Assembly (NCBI RefSeq): GCF_037042905.1
Contig: NC_087246.1
Coordinates: forward strand, 69,130,001 to 69,194,000
Length of the DNA: 64,000 bases
Direction of reading: 5' to 3'
DNA from: Lytechinus pictus
Lineage: Eukaryota
Part shown: positions 11,580 to 24,900 of the stretch, piece after piece
Layout: every line of letters starts with the position of its first letter
How positions within the stretch are numbered: the first letter of the stretch is position 1
Made by a program: the position numbers and the translations under genes
The notes under the pieces: generated by a model
Databases searched by the model: none
Told to the model about the DNA's origin: nothing
Seen by the model: only the letters and a program-made list of their open reading frames with translations

Positions 11580-14500
11580 GTAAGTGTAAATTGGGGTTGA
11601 TTCCTATCGGATGAAGATGATGTACATGTCAATCATTTTACGTATGGAGGAGCAATACTCTATAGGGCCTACTAAGTACTATTCTGTGTGCAATCTCTTA
11701 ACCATAGAGCTACCATTTGGTCTGGTCATAGAGCTATTTAGTGAGTATTACAGATGGTCTGGACTCTGGTCATGGAGCTGTGTTTTATAGCTCCATGATC
11801 TGGATCATCATTAAACTAAGTCTTTATTTTGTTTTTTTCTATGATATTAAAGGATAATGCATAGGTCTAGTACATACCTTAATGTTAAACAAGCTTAAAT
11901 AATAAATGAATAATTAATAGTAAGGATAATGTTGAATAATAATATTGATAATATAAATGATGATGATTATATTTAACATTTCTATTGTCATTCATGTTAT
12001 TTTTATTAAATCTTCTTTATCATTATCATTATCACTGTACTGTAACAATAACCACCATTTAACTGCAGCTGCCTTAGTTATATATTTTCTAGTAAACTAT
12101 TTTGTTAAAAATTATGAAGGTAATATGTGATATATGCCTGGGTAGTATAATTTTTTTTCACATTATAATAATAAAAACTATTATTATCCATACTGATGAG
12201 GTTTATCATTGCTTTACTCTTATCTGTTGAACTACTACATGTACTAATACTACTCCAACTACTACTACATACAGACCCCTATACTACACTAGGCCACCTT
12301 GGTATATATCAACTTACACACTTTTTTTTAGTTACCTAATCACACAAATAAACAAAAACAATTCAGTTTAAACTAAATAAATAATAACATACTATTACTC
12401 ATTACTATATAAAACTGCATGCTTAAGTTCATGTCTGGTTTAAAATACTATGTTTCATCTTCATTACCTGATATTCCTGTCTTGAAAAATGTTCATGAAA
12501 ATGACAGTGGGTCTTTTTGGTCATATGCTTTAATCAGTCTGTAATGTATTGTAAAAGGCAAGTCACACTCACGTTTAGATAATGACGCCTTAATCTAAAA
12601 CATTTTTATAAAAAAGTTTGTCATAATGTTGTTCACATTATTATTGCTCATCTGTACATCATGTACCTGTATCACACAACTCCTGATCTTTTGCTGAAAG
12701 GCGCCGTGGCAGAGAATAATACTCCATTCGCAGTGTTTGTTAAAATGGTGTGATAATCCCACCTTTATTGCCATTTTATGCACCGAGATTTGCACCTAAA
12801 TCCTCCAGAAATTCGCCCATGAAAAGGGTATCCCTGCATTTTGTTGTGAAGGACGGTGATTACCTATTCAAAAATTGATCATTCATGGTTGCTTATGCAA
12901 ATTTGGTCAGGCCCCATTGAGCGTGTGGGCTTTGTCATCCCGGGGTCATTATGAATGGGTTTTAGCGGTCCTCCTTTTATGCCTGCATAATACATGCGCG
13001 TTCGGCGTGTGATCGAAAATACAAGGAGGTGAATGGGGTGCACGTTGAGTCGAACAATGAATGCACCTACCCCATCATAATCTGTTAACAGTATCAGGAT
13101 TACTAAATCATTACACATTTTACACTATGACCATGATGATATAATCTTTCTTTTCTGTATATGTGATGGCCATGAAATTACACAAAATCATATTCCATAG
13201 CCTGAGGCATATAAAGTATTATACAACTAGTAACTTTTTTCTTTATACGGGCCCATTATTATGATTTAATGCCCTACCCCAAATGTCGTGCAATAGGCCT
13301 CCACACGCACTGACAGGCCTCCATGTAATGATGATATCTGTCTTTACTACAAATTATTGTCCAGAATTCTTCACGAATCACCCATACATGTCATGATCCC
13401 CACGCTTGCAGAGGGTCCTGATTAAGCTCGACAACTAAATCACTATTTTAATTACTGTTATTTATTATTTATTTATTTTTTGTTGGGGGGGGGGGGGTGC
13501 TCATTTTTCCCATTAAAATAGGGGCATAATTCTGAGTAGGTCGATAGGTTGTTTTGTGCCTAAGGCCCCAAACATTGATGTCCATTTATATTTTGAAAAA
13601 TGTTTTGAAAATAGACACCTATGCATAACTTGGCTTGACATTGACTTCTATCTTAAAGACTACATGGCCAGTATAGTGAAGCTTGAAGTAGAAACCTGCT
13701 GGATATGAATGAACCTTAGCCCTGGTAGTTGAACTTTGGTACAATCGATGCAGGTCTATTTTGAATGAAATACACGTATCTGAGAAAACGAATCCCCCTT
13801 ACACAGAAACGAGATTGTATGCAATATAATCAATCACGAGCTGGCGCCAGCTTTGGAAGGGGGGGGGGGTGATGTGCCACTGCCGTTGCTCTCATTTGAC
13901 CTTTTAGTGAGGTCAATCTAACTGTGAAATGTAGATGCATATTTCAAACCTGATGGTTTTCAGTGTAAAAATATTCACATGTGCACCTAATTGCTCCGAA
14001 GTGAGTGGAGAATGAGCGTTTACATGCCCGGTTCACATGTTATATCGAGGTACATCATATCAGTAACAATAGTTCCACATGTATGGTACATGTTGGTCTT
14101 CTGTTATTGATGGTGTTCAAGTTAAGTCATCATAATGATTGTGACTGAAGATAGAATTTGAATTATTTTTTTTATTGCAAGGGGATAGGTCTACTATTCT
14201 ATTGGCTTTTCCGTTTTACCCGTCTACCCTTCTGGTCTTACCTTTTTGTTTTAGAAACGCCAACAATGAAAGTTATGAAACTGTTTTGTAGTTGTGTATT
14301 ATGCGGGCAGAAGGTTAATATTGATTTCAAGCCCTGTGTTGAAAATAAGATGCATTCTGTCATTCGATATTCAAGCAATTATGATTTTCGAGCAAAGGGG
14401 GAAACCTTGGTCCTCGCCGTCTATAGCACCCAAACTCGCATAATGAGTTTCCAGTCATGGATCCTATTGGTAGAGTCATAATAAAAAGAGATGGGAAGGT

Positions 14501-15441
14501 CATCATTTATGCACCACACGGGAATGCCTGCACACAACCACTGAATAATTCCATTGTTGCTCATCCGTTTGTTGTGCCCATTCCATCTTCGGGTTGCTCA
14601 TCATGGATGAACCGTAGTATCTTCCTGGGAGAATAGAACTGGGGAGGGATGAACTGCCCAAGCACGGTGTTGCAAGTAACCGGATACCCGCAGTGTTATC
14701 TTCGAGTTCCCTTGGGCAGGAACCCGAGTTGACCCGCAAGATTGAGAAGCGAAAAAACATGAAATGATCTTCCATATCCCCAAGTGACAGTATCCTGCTC
14801 TGCTAGATTTTCAATTCCAATTTGAAAGAACAGAGAATTGGAAGCTCAGTGATTATACATGTAGATCAGGGTTAACGGTTTGGTTCGTTAACTTGTGCTT
14901 ATAGGTCCATACTCTAGAACCTACATGAAGCTTTTGTGGCACAGAACTTTGACAGGCCAGCATCACAGGCAATGGGGATCGCAAGCTTCCCTGGTTCCAT
15001 GTCATACACATTCAGCTCCTGTCAGTCTGGGATTATTTCCTTGATCTGGTACATGTCCGACCGTGGACCTACTACAACCAAGGAGGTACAATGATACAAG
15101 AAGGTCATGTATAATGACCTCATGGTCTCATGGAGCATGTGCAACATCATTTTTGGTTAGTTGGGGCTGCACTTGCACAGTGCAATTCTCGGGAGGACAA
15201 AATCTTTTTTGTCACCAGAGTTCATGGCATGACCTCTCGAAGACAAATAGGCCTACATGTACGTTGACTGCATGTACCTATTGTATGCACCTATCGACTT
15301 TTAACTTGAAAATAACACTGAAGCAGGATAGGTCTTACATCATAGACCTCGTTCTCATTGAACTACGATCTATTTGCATGACGGAAGCCTGGTAACACCC
15401 AACAGCACTATCAACCGTTGTAGCAGGTCCTTCTTCGCAGC

Positions 15442-15676
15442 AAACACTGGTGTTAAACGGTGTATTTAGAGGACCACACCAGTTTTTTTTTACACCGGTG
15501 TTAAATTAACAGTGTTACAGTTTAACACCTATAGGTGTTATTACAACACATTTGGTTGTTACGTTTACACTCTTTGGTGTTATGTTCAATCTCTAGGGTG
15601 TAATTTTAACACCTCAGGGTGTGGTCCTCTATTAACACCAACTGATGTCAGTTTTAACACCACAGTTTTTACAGTG
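15442..15676. mobile_element. CMC/EnSpm-like MITE, left end eroded
   Basis: Inverted GGTGTTAAA..GAGGACCACACC / GGTGTGGTCCTC..TTAACACC, with right end TTTTTACAGTG. Same style as 32133-32358. Confidence 0.55.
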
Positions 15677-18299
15677 TTCTATTGGTTATGTTTGTGACAT
15701 CGGTCGTAGAAGCATCCGTGGTCCAGATCGAAATCTCCTGGATGACCTGGGGGTGAAAATTAACCAGATAGAGTATAAAAAGTGAACTCTGATATGACAA
15801 AATACCTTCTCTCCTTTACTATGCGATGCCAAGATACTATACTTTGTTTTGCCGTTCTTACAAGATAATACGAATAATAAACGTAAAAAATATTTTCAAA
15901 ATGGTTGTCTTTTTATTTGCGGTGTTATGTTATGGTATCACAATCGTCAAAAATAAAATTGTTTACAAATAAAGATGATGCTTTAAATTAAAGTTGTGCT
16001 TCAAGGTTGTGTGGAAATTATGCAATGCCAATGGCAGAAACTGAACTCATCCAAAATTGTTTCAGGACAAAAATTAAATGCTTTATAAACTGGGTAAACA
16101 ATCCCTAAAAAGAAACCGTAGACATTCTTCCTTGGTGTATACATGTAGTTTTATTTTATATTTGTATCGATACATCGTCCATCAAATTGATTTTAAGATT
16201 CTTGTATTGGAGGTGCCGATGATCAGGGGGACGTTTTGGTTCCTCCAATGTCATGTCCAGCTTTAGAGGGCTCTTTAATTTCAGAATTTTACCCTGTGGC
16301 ACGATTTGGCAAATTAATCTTAGACAACCTGTCGGGCGCCCCTTTACAACTCTCTCTTTCTCTCTCCCACTTTCATACTAGTCCAGTAGATATGTGAAAA
16401 AGATGCTCGAATCTGGCAGAAAGTGTGAAATTTGGCATACAGGGGTATTTTTGGGCGCTGATTTCAAAAATTGCCGGCCCCAAGTGATTTGACCATCGGG
16501 TCGGCCGCCATTTTGAAATCCAAGATGGCCGCCATGAGAAATTCATTAATGTCATTTTCTTGAGTTTTACATGACGTGTGACACTGAAATTTGGCATACA
16601 GGGGTATTTTTAGGCACTGATTTCAAATATTGCCTGCCCCCAGCAATTTGACCATTTGGTCGGCGTCTAAATGGCCGCCATTTTGAAATCCAAGATGGCC
16701 ACCATGAAAATCATTAAATGTCATTTTCTTGAGTTTTACATGATATGTGACACTGAAATTTGGCATATAGGGGTATTTTGAGGTACTGATTTCAAATATT
16801 GCCGGCCCCCCAGCAATTTGACCTCCAGGTCAGCGGCAAAACGGCCGCCATCTTAAAATCCAAGATGGCCACCATGAAATATCGTTGCAATAATTTTCTC
16901 GAGTTTTGTATGAGCTATGGTATTGAAATTTAGCATATACAGTGTAGGTGTAGTTTAGGGCACTTATTTCAAATAGTCTTACCACCAGGTCTGCCGCCAT
17001 CTTGAAATCTAAGATGGCCGCCATGAAAATCACTAAAAATCATTTTCTTGAATTTTACATGTGCTCTGAACTTTGGCAAATAGAGTACCTATTTTTGGGT
17101 GCTGATTTCAAATATTGCCAGCCACAAGTGCTCTGACCATCAGTTCAGCGGCAAGATGGCTGCCATGAAAAACCATATCAAAATAATTTTCTTGGATTTT
17201 ACATTATATATGACACCAAACTTTGGCATACAGAAGTACGTGGCACTGATTATTGTCAGACCCCTGTTTGGTTACCATTTTGAAATACAAGATGGCCGCC
17301 ATGAAAGATTATTTGCTCAAGTCTTACGTATTGCCTTTAACACTTTGAATTTGGAGAAAAACTTGATCTTTGCATCCTTGATCAATGAAAAAAAACATAT
17401 TAAATATATGCTATTTTGAATTCAAATATGGTTACCAAGTTTGAATGATGTACAACATTATAATGGTGAGTAAAACCCGTTGTATTGGCACTGAAAACAA
17501 ATCCAACACAACCACATCTTTGTCCGTTGCAACTTTGGCACCCTTAATTGCTGATATAGATGTTACGTAAGTATGAAGCACCATGAATACAAAAACCAGC
17601 TAGCTTCTTCTGCAGTTCCACATTTGAAGTGGCTTTGGTTGAATAATAACCATCCGGAACAATCATTTTCTGTTGAGAGGCTGTAAATTATTTCTTTGAG
17701 TTTTATATGATCTGCAGTATTGCACTTTGACATATATCGACGGAGTGCGGGGTGCTTATTTCAAATATTGCTGGCCCTCAGCGATCTGATCCCCTGAGTC
17801 AGAAGCAAAATGTCAGCCATCTTGAAATCCAAGATGGCTGCCATTAAAAAAGATCATTAAAAAAAAATCACTTTATCTAGTATCACGTAATGTATTATTT
17901 CAACATTTGGCATCTAGGGATATTGAAATTGCCCCCAGTAATCTGTCCAATAGATATGCTGCAAAATGGCCACCATCTTGAAATCTAGAGAGGATCGACT
18001 GTCATGAAAATTCATTGAAATCATTTTCTTGGTTTTAAATAATTTGAGGCACTGCATTTTAGACATACAGGCAGGTTTTTGGCCTGCTTGTTTCAGAATA
18101 TTGCTCCACTAATTGTGATATTTTATTACAAATCGACATGAAGATAAAACTGCTCCAGACTTGAAGTACTGATGGTTATATAGTGGTATGATGATGATGA
18201 TGATGAATTAATATTAATGATGAATGATAATAATACATATTTTATTGTTCAAAATAGAATTCAGTAACAGAAATGCTCCGAAAATTTATTTTGCCCATA

Positions 18300-18940
18300 C
18301 CCTGTAGATCGTGAGCCCGGCAGCAACTTAGCAGCGCCACGTCGGACGTTGCTCTATCCCTTAAAAAGGGAAGTTCACCTCGGAGAAAAGTTTGTTGTAA
18401 AAACACAAGAAAATATGATACAAAAAAGATATTGGTAAATCCATCTAAGATATCAGAATTTTAAGTTTTTGATTTGTGACGTCATATACTGTACGAGCAG
18501 CTGCCCCATTATGTTGTGTGATACAAAATGCATAAATGGTTCATCATGGGTAATTTTTTTCTTTCTGGAGCGGGTGTGAAATCATTTGTTTGTTGATATA
18601 CTGAGGGTTCAATAAAAAACATTTTCATTTTTTTTAGGAGGCTACATTTCATTGAGTTTTGTACTATAAGAAACATGGGGGAACTGCTTGCATCTGACGT
18701 CACAAATACACTAAATGAAATTCCAATAGCTTTTTAAATATTTGATGGAATTTCCTCAAACCTTCAATATTGTTTTCATTATTTATTATGTTATTGTTTC
18801 AATAAACTTTTTGTCAGGGTGAACTTCCCCTTTAATTCGTTGACCGCCAAACAGGGTAGAAGCAACTCCCCTCTTTTAACATCTTTTGGTCTTATGCTGT
18901 CGGAGCTTGATCTCCCGATTGTGAGGCGAACATGCTCCCA
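18300..18940 (-). mobile_element. Degenerate SINE-like remnant split by the 18365-18831 MITE
   Basis: The flanks ...TTTAACATCTTTTGGTCTTATGCTGTCGGAGCTTGATCTCCCGATTGTGAGGCGAAC resemble the reverse complement of a decayed tRNA-head SINE. Confidence 0.3.
18365..18831. mobile_element. TTAA-flanked (Kolobok-like) MITE nested in the foldback spacer
   Basis: TTAA|AAAGGGAAGTTCACC ... GGTGAACTTCCCCT|TTAA. Internal inverted TTTGTGACGTCA / TGACGTCACAAA. Confidence 0.75.
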
Positions 18941-19702
18941 TTGTCAGATTGTCGAACACACAATGGTTATCAATTGAATCGTTTCAAAGTAATTCCTGGA
19001 GATCTGTAAGATTCACTGTCAACCGCCTAGCATATAAATGATTGATAGCAATAATAAATGGATTACCATCAGTTATACCATACATGAATTTTGATTCGTG
19101 CTATCATATTGTACTTATTTTCCCCCACAATGATCAATATTTAGAACTAAGCTAGGTAATCATGTCCTTTGTGTCATGATGGGTCATATTGGAATTTAAA
19201 ATGGCAGATAAAGTGTGTTATGTGTTATATGTTCATTATCTATCCATATTTGAAATTAACATACAATACAAGTTTTTGCTTCATAATACCAATTTACAGT
19301 GTCGCAGGTTATGTAGAATTCAGGAAAAAAATTTGAAAGATATTTCGTAGTAGCCATCTTAGATGTCAAAGTGGCGGTCATTTTCAGCTGACCCGGTGGA
19401 TCAATCACTGGGGCAGCAATATTCTAAAACCAGCAGGCCAAAACCTGCCTGTATGTTTAAAATGCAGTGCCTCAACTTATTTAAAACTCAAGAAAATTAT
19501 TTTAATGAATTTTCATGACAGTCGATCCTCTCTAGATTTCAAGATGGTGGCCATTTTGCAGTATATATATTGGACAGATTACTGGGGGGGAAATTTCAAT
19601 ACCCCAAGATTTCAAAATAATACCTACGTTATAATTATGATACTTTATTTTTTTTTATGGCAGCCATCTTGGATTTCAAGATGGCTGCCATTTTGCAGCT
19701 GA

Positions 19703-20153
19703 GGTATCACGGGCCTAAACTATTTCCCATAGACTCGTGTGTTAAAGAGACGCTCTAAAAAAATAAGGATGAAATTCGAGAATTGAATGTTTACTACCTG
19801 TCCAGTGGATAGGATATATGTCTGACATTCCATATCTGACCAGAAAAGGGTACCTCGACCAGCTCATTTTAAAAATAAATCGGCATTTATGAAGACTACA
19901 CCTGACAGGATCAAATTCATCACTTGAGACAGTAAAATGGCAATACTTCTCCCGCCAGTATAAAAATAGTTCCAAAGTGGCGATATTTCTTCCCAATTTG
20001 AAAAAAGGAAGTTCAGTAAAGTTACCCTCCCTAGAATCAGTGTTTGATTATCAATCATATTCATTCATTTTTGTCAATCAGCAATATCAAAATTAAAAAT
20101 TGAGAATTAAATGGGTTAATTGGCTCGAATGAATATCTTTGGCCCGTATAACC
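19703..20153. mobile_element. Short-TIR insertion with a 4-bp TSD, in the right arm of the foldback element
   Basis: Ends GGTATCACGGGCC / GGCCCGTATAACC and TSD CTGA (19699-702, 20154-57). The equivalent site in the left arm (~17795) is uninterrupted. Confidence 0.75.
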
Positions 20154-21744
20154 CTGACTCAGGAGATCAGATCGCTGAGGGCCAGCAATATTTGAAATAA
20201 GCTCCCCACACTACTTCTATATGTCAAAGTGCAATACCGCAGATCATATAAAACTCAACGAAATAATTGCAATATTTCTAAGGCAGCCAGCTTCGAATTC
20301 AAGATGTGGGCCATTTTTCCGCCGACCAATTGTCAGATTGCTTGGAGCCAGCAATGTTTTAAATGAACTCACCTAGATACCGATATACTACAAATTTCAG
20401 GGGTACATATGTAAAATTCAAGAAAATGAGTTCAATGATTTTTCATGGCGGCCATCTTGGATTTCAAATGGCGGCTGACCCGATGTTCAAATCGCTTGAG
20501 GCCGGCAATATATGAAATCAGCACCCCGAATTAAGCCGATATGCCAAATTTCAGTGTCACATATCATGTAAAACTCAAGAAAATGACATTTAATGATTTT
20601 TCATGGCGGCCATCTTGGATTTCAAAATGGCGGCCATTTAGCCACTGACCAAGTGGTCAAATTGCTGGGGGCCGGCAATATTTGAAATCAGTGCCTAAAT
20701 ATACCCCAACATACCAAATTTCAGTGTCACACGTCATGTAAAACTCATGAAAATGACATTAATGATTTCAAAATGGCGGCCATCTTGGATTTCAAAATGG
20801 CGGCCGACCCGATGGTCAAATCACTTGGGGCCGGCAATATTTGAAATCAGCACCCCAAATTAAGCCTATATGCCAAATTTCAATACCGCAGTTCATATAA
20901 AACTCGAGAAAATGATTGCAATAATATATCATGGCGGCCATCTTGGATTTCAAGATGGCGGCCATTTTGCCGCCGACCAAATGGTCAAATTGCTGATGGG
21001 CGGCAATATTTGAAATCAGTGCCTCAAAATACCCCTATATGCCAAATTTCAGTGTCACATGTCATGTAAAACTCAAGAAATTGACATTTAATGATATTTC
21101 ATGGCGGCCATCTTGGATTTCAAAATGGCGGCCGACCCGATGGTCAAATCGCTTGGGGCCGGCAATTTTTGAAATCAGCGCCCAAAAATACCCCTGTATG
21201 CCAAATTTCACACTTTCTGCCAGATCCGAGCATCTTGGCCATTTTTTGTCACATAACCGCTCCACTATACATGTTCTTGTAAATGTTACCATTACACATG
21301 CTCGAACGGCCATATGCCTCGATTTGTAGACACAGCCATGCAAGAAGGGAATCGACAATCAATCAAGAAAACAGTGAATTGTGACGAAAGTAGTGGAGTA
21401 GCTAGTAAGCTGAAGGGGCACTGGAGTCTATATAAGCCCCAGTACAAGCATGTAGATTCCATGGTGTAGTGACGGAAATCTGCCAATAGGCCTATGTTAG
21501 CGAATTAAAAATGGAAGAGGTGTGGGGAAGGGGTCGGTTGGAAGGTAACACGACCCCATTCGGTTGTTAACATGCATGGGGCCAGAACTTCCTCCAATTT
21601 TTACATTCCTGCGATCATTTTACACGTCACCATACCACATTTCATCAATCTAATTTAGTCATGGTGTAAAATTGGTATAATATAGGTTTTTGAGCGAGAC
21701 GAGGGAAGATGAACGCCTATGCCTACAACTTACATATACGAACA

Positions 21745-21968
21745 GGTTCCATGACATTTGCTCCGGCGACAATTGCTCCGCTCTATTTCACACACTAATC
21801 GAACGACCAACTTTAACCCTGGGTTTAACATTATATATCCTTCCCAAAATCTAACCCTAATCGTGACATAATAGCCGATTGCAACCCTAACTCCAACCCT
21901 ACATCTTATATACATGTAGACAAAATTAAGCCCGGAGCAATTGTTGCAGGAGCATTTGTCGTGTCACC
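21745..21968. mobile_element. MULE-like MITE with internal TAACCC-like repeats
   Basis: TIRs GGTTCCATGACATTTGCTCCGGCGACAATTGCTCCG / CGGAGCAATTGTTGCAGGAGCATTTGTCGTGTCACC. 9-bp TSD ATACGAACA / ATACAAATA (7/9 match). Confidence 0.7.
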
Positions 21969-24900
21969 ATACAAATATGTCTTTCGGTCATATGCTCGAT
22001 TTCAGAGTGATGTAGAATTATATCGTATAATGAAAAAAAAACAATTCTTATTTTTTATGAAAAAAAATCCAAAATATCAGAGAGGTGGAATATCAATATT
22101 ATCAATCGACTATGCCGAAGACAAATGATTAAGGACAAAGGAATATTGCGTCTCACGAATCTGTAATCCCACATGTATTACATCTTCCCCGTTCTTCATC
22201 ATCTTCATCTTTGAGTAACCATTCAGTTGCCATGACGACATGCTTAGTCATCAATGAAATCGTGCTCAGTGGACTTTTCGATTTAATTCCTAAGCCTTCC
22301 ACCAGGCTGCTTATACATATTTTCGGTAAGAGTTTTTTTTTAGAATTTGTAATCTAACTTATAAGCAATTTTAGCTCATACATCACAACCAAAACCAAAT
22401 AATTCGTTTTGCTGTCTTGTGCGAAGATGGCAAATGAAAGGCTAGAAATGTATTTTTGTGGGCGTTAGGGGAAAAAATACTCTCTCAATGTCTTGAACGC
22501 AGAACTGTGGTGTCTAAATGAGCATGGTGAGAAAGTGACAGTTTTCGGCTCTACACAACGTGATGCCATATCATGTCCTGTACGACGGTAAAAAATTGAA
22601 GATTTGTTGGTTCTGGAACGAGGTTAATGAAACTGCTATCGCCGGGAGCGGGTGGGTTGGAGGGTGGCTGGGGGTAGAATTGGAGATTTATACATATTCT
22701 GTATTCAATGAATGATCAGTATTGAAACTTTTCATTTGTGTAAAAATGTAGGACCTACCAGTACATCTTTCAGTGTGGAGAGTCTTTTTGTATATTAAGT
22801 GACGTAGGTCTGAATATTTTTTTACAAACTCATTTTCTTTCTGGTGTTTTGTACGGCGGTCAGACCAACTTACAAATGGAGTACAATCTTCTATTCCAGG
22901 CAATACTTGGATGCGCACCTTTCATCCATAAAACTCGGTATACATGTAGATTACCTTGCTATCTTCTTTGACTATCATTGCTGAAAAGGTGGGATAGATT
23001 CACGTGACAATCCGGACAAGGGATTTCGCTTGTTACAGTGTAAATCCATGATACCGAGTACATTGATATGCTGGGATTAGAATCACGCTCAACAAATCAA
23101 GGAGGTAATGTCTTGATCAAAATGGGGAGGGGGTCGCGAAGGGGGGGGGGGGATACTTGTACGTCTCTTCAAATTCTGTTCTATCCAATGCCAACTGAAG
23201 CAAACAGTCGGAGTGATGTTGTTTTTCTGTAGTTGATTCGAATCGAATCCTCGCTCAGTATTTCCGCTGCTCTTATCACGTCTTATCAAGCGAAAAATGA
23301 ATGCACCCGAATTCTGAGGGACAGGAAAGAGAGATTCCCTTCATCTCCAGTAGATGTAGAAATGTACTTCGCTAATGTGTCCGATAGTGCGGGAAACATG
23401 AGACGAAGTTAATGTAACATGGCATTTCTTTTCTGATTTTACTGGGATTGAATGTATATATTTTAAGCGCCCATGTATAACGTATAGTATGTAAGTAGTA
23501 TGTTAGGTTTGTGCAATGTAGTTTGCTTTTACCGAATCTTTCGGTTATCCACGCTAATCAATTACACCTATTTCACTGGAATGTAATTGTGAAAAGTTTA
23601 GGGTGTGAAGTTGCATCAGAGGAGGATTAGATGGGGTGAGGATGGGCTGGGTCGACATCGTGAGTTCTGCATTATTGCTCACCGTTTTACCTATTCCATA
23701 GCTTGACGACATGCATGCTCTCTCTTTAATCCAAATACATGTACACCATGCACATTTTCATACATGTACACAGTAAATATTTCTGCTTTTATTGATACTT
23801 CTTCAAATCATGATAGTTATTTGAATAGATCATACATCATAAATAATCAATGGAAATAGGAATGTCAAATTATACCTGCATACTTCATTTCCCGACGAAA
23901 TACACATCCACATACCACAGGCACACAATACATGAACTGGCAGACTGCATACACACTTACCCCTCCCACCCAACCCACACGCACACCCCACCCACACGCA
24001 CACCCCAGCCCCCCACAACATATAATATACATGTATATGTACATGTAAGAAATAGACGAATGATTCGCCCTTGCCACTGCCAGTATTATTTCCAAAATCA
24101 TTCCATTTATCCGATTTGAATGCTACTTTTGAAAATAATTGAATCACCTATTGATAATAATATCATTTAATCTAAGCGTCGGATCACGGTATATCACCCA
24201 CGGAAGAAAATTGATGCGTTGCGAATTGAAGATAAGTCATCTTACCATGAAAAACTAACACCGATTTCTATAGGTGGGTTCAACACAGGACGATTCTTAA
24301 CACAAATTCCTTTCATGAGCGTTTGGAGTGGATTCTTTTCCATGAGATAACAATTGCCTCTGCTTTTGTCGTCACAACACAATGCGCAACAATAATTTCA
24401 AAAGGCTTTTGTGTGATATGAATGCTCTCCATTATTTTGAATGTCATGTGCGCAAAGATGGAGATGCAATCTGTATGCAAGTAGCGATATTTCTGTGGGG
24501 CATTTCGGATAGAGTTCAATTTTGCCATCATTTTTGGTTCATTTTTTTGTGGATGCGGGTAACTTATTGAACGTGTGTCCCAATAATTGATAGCCTTGCG
24601 TGTTGATTTTGACTTTCTTCTATCTAGTTTTATTGATGATATCCCCTGGAGGGAACCTTGTGAATGGGGGAATATAGAACTGTTCCACTTTATCGGGTCT
24701 GAATAATTCTGCTTCTGAATTATTTTCAATATATTTTTATTATGGAATATGTAGGGGAAGATTCTAAGGTATTCTGATGATATATCATAATGACATTTAC
24801 TGAGTTGAATCATTTAATGTCATGTTTCTTACAGTTCTCGAAATTCTGCCTATCAATCAATAGTTTTTTTAAACTTTAATCAAAATTTACCCGTACATGT

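Larger units (their letters stand above)
16379..21267. mobile_element. Academ-like non-autonomous foldback element with ~1.7-2-kb arms built from ~150-170-bp tandem units
   Basis: Termini TAGTCCAG...CTCCACTA and a 3-bp TSD TAC (16376-78, 21268-70). 16401-16535 is nearly the exact reverse complement of 21100-21235. The arms repeat GCCGCCATTTTGAAATCCAAGATGGCCGCC. TAG..CTA termini with a 3-bp TSD fit Academ (family call is inference). Confidence 0.8.

Noticed and set aside
16373-21358. Repeated similar ORFs (MPNFSVT...WRPSWISKWRP)
   Set aside because: Translations of non-coding tandem units in the foldback arms, with frequent frame disruptions between units.
21810-21900. Telomere-like TAACCC repeats
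   Set aside because: Few and degenerate, and internal to a TSD-flanked MITE. Not an interstitial telomere.
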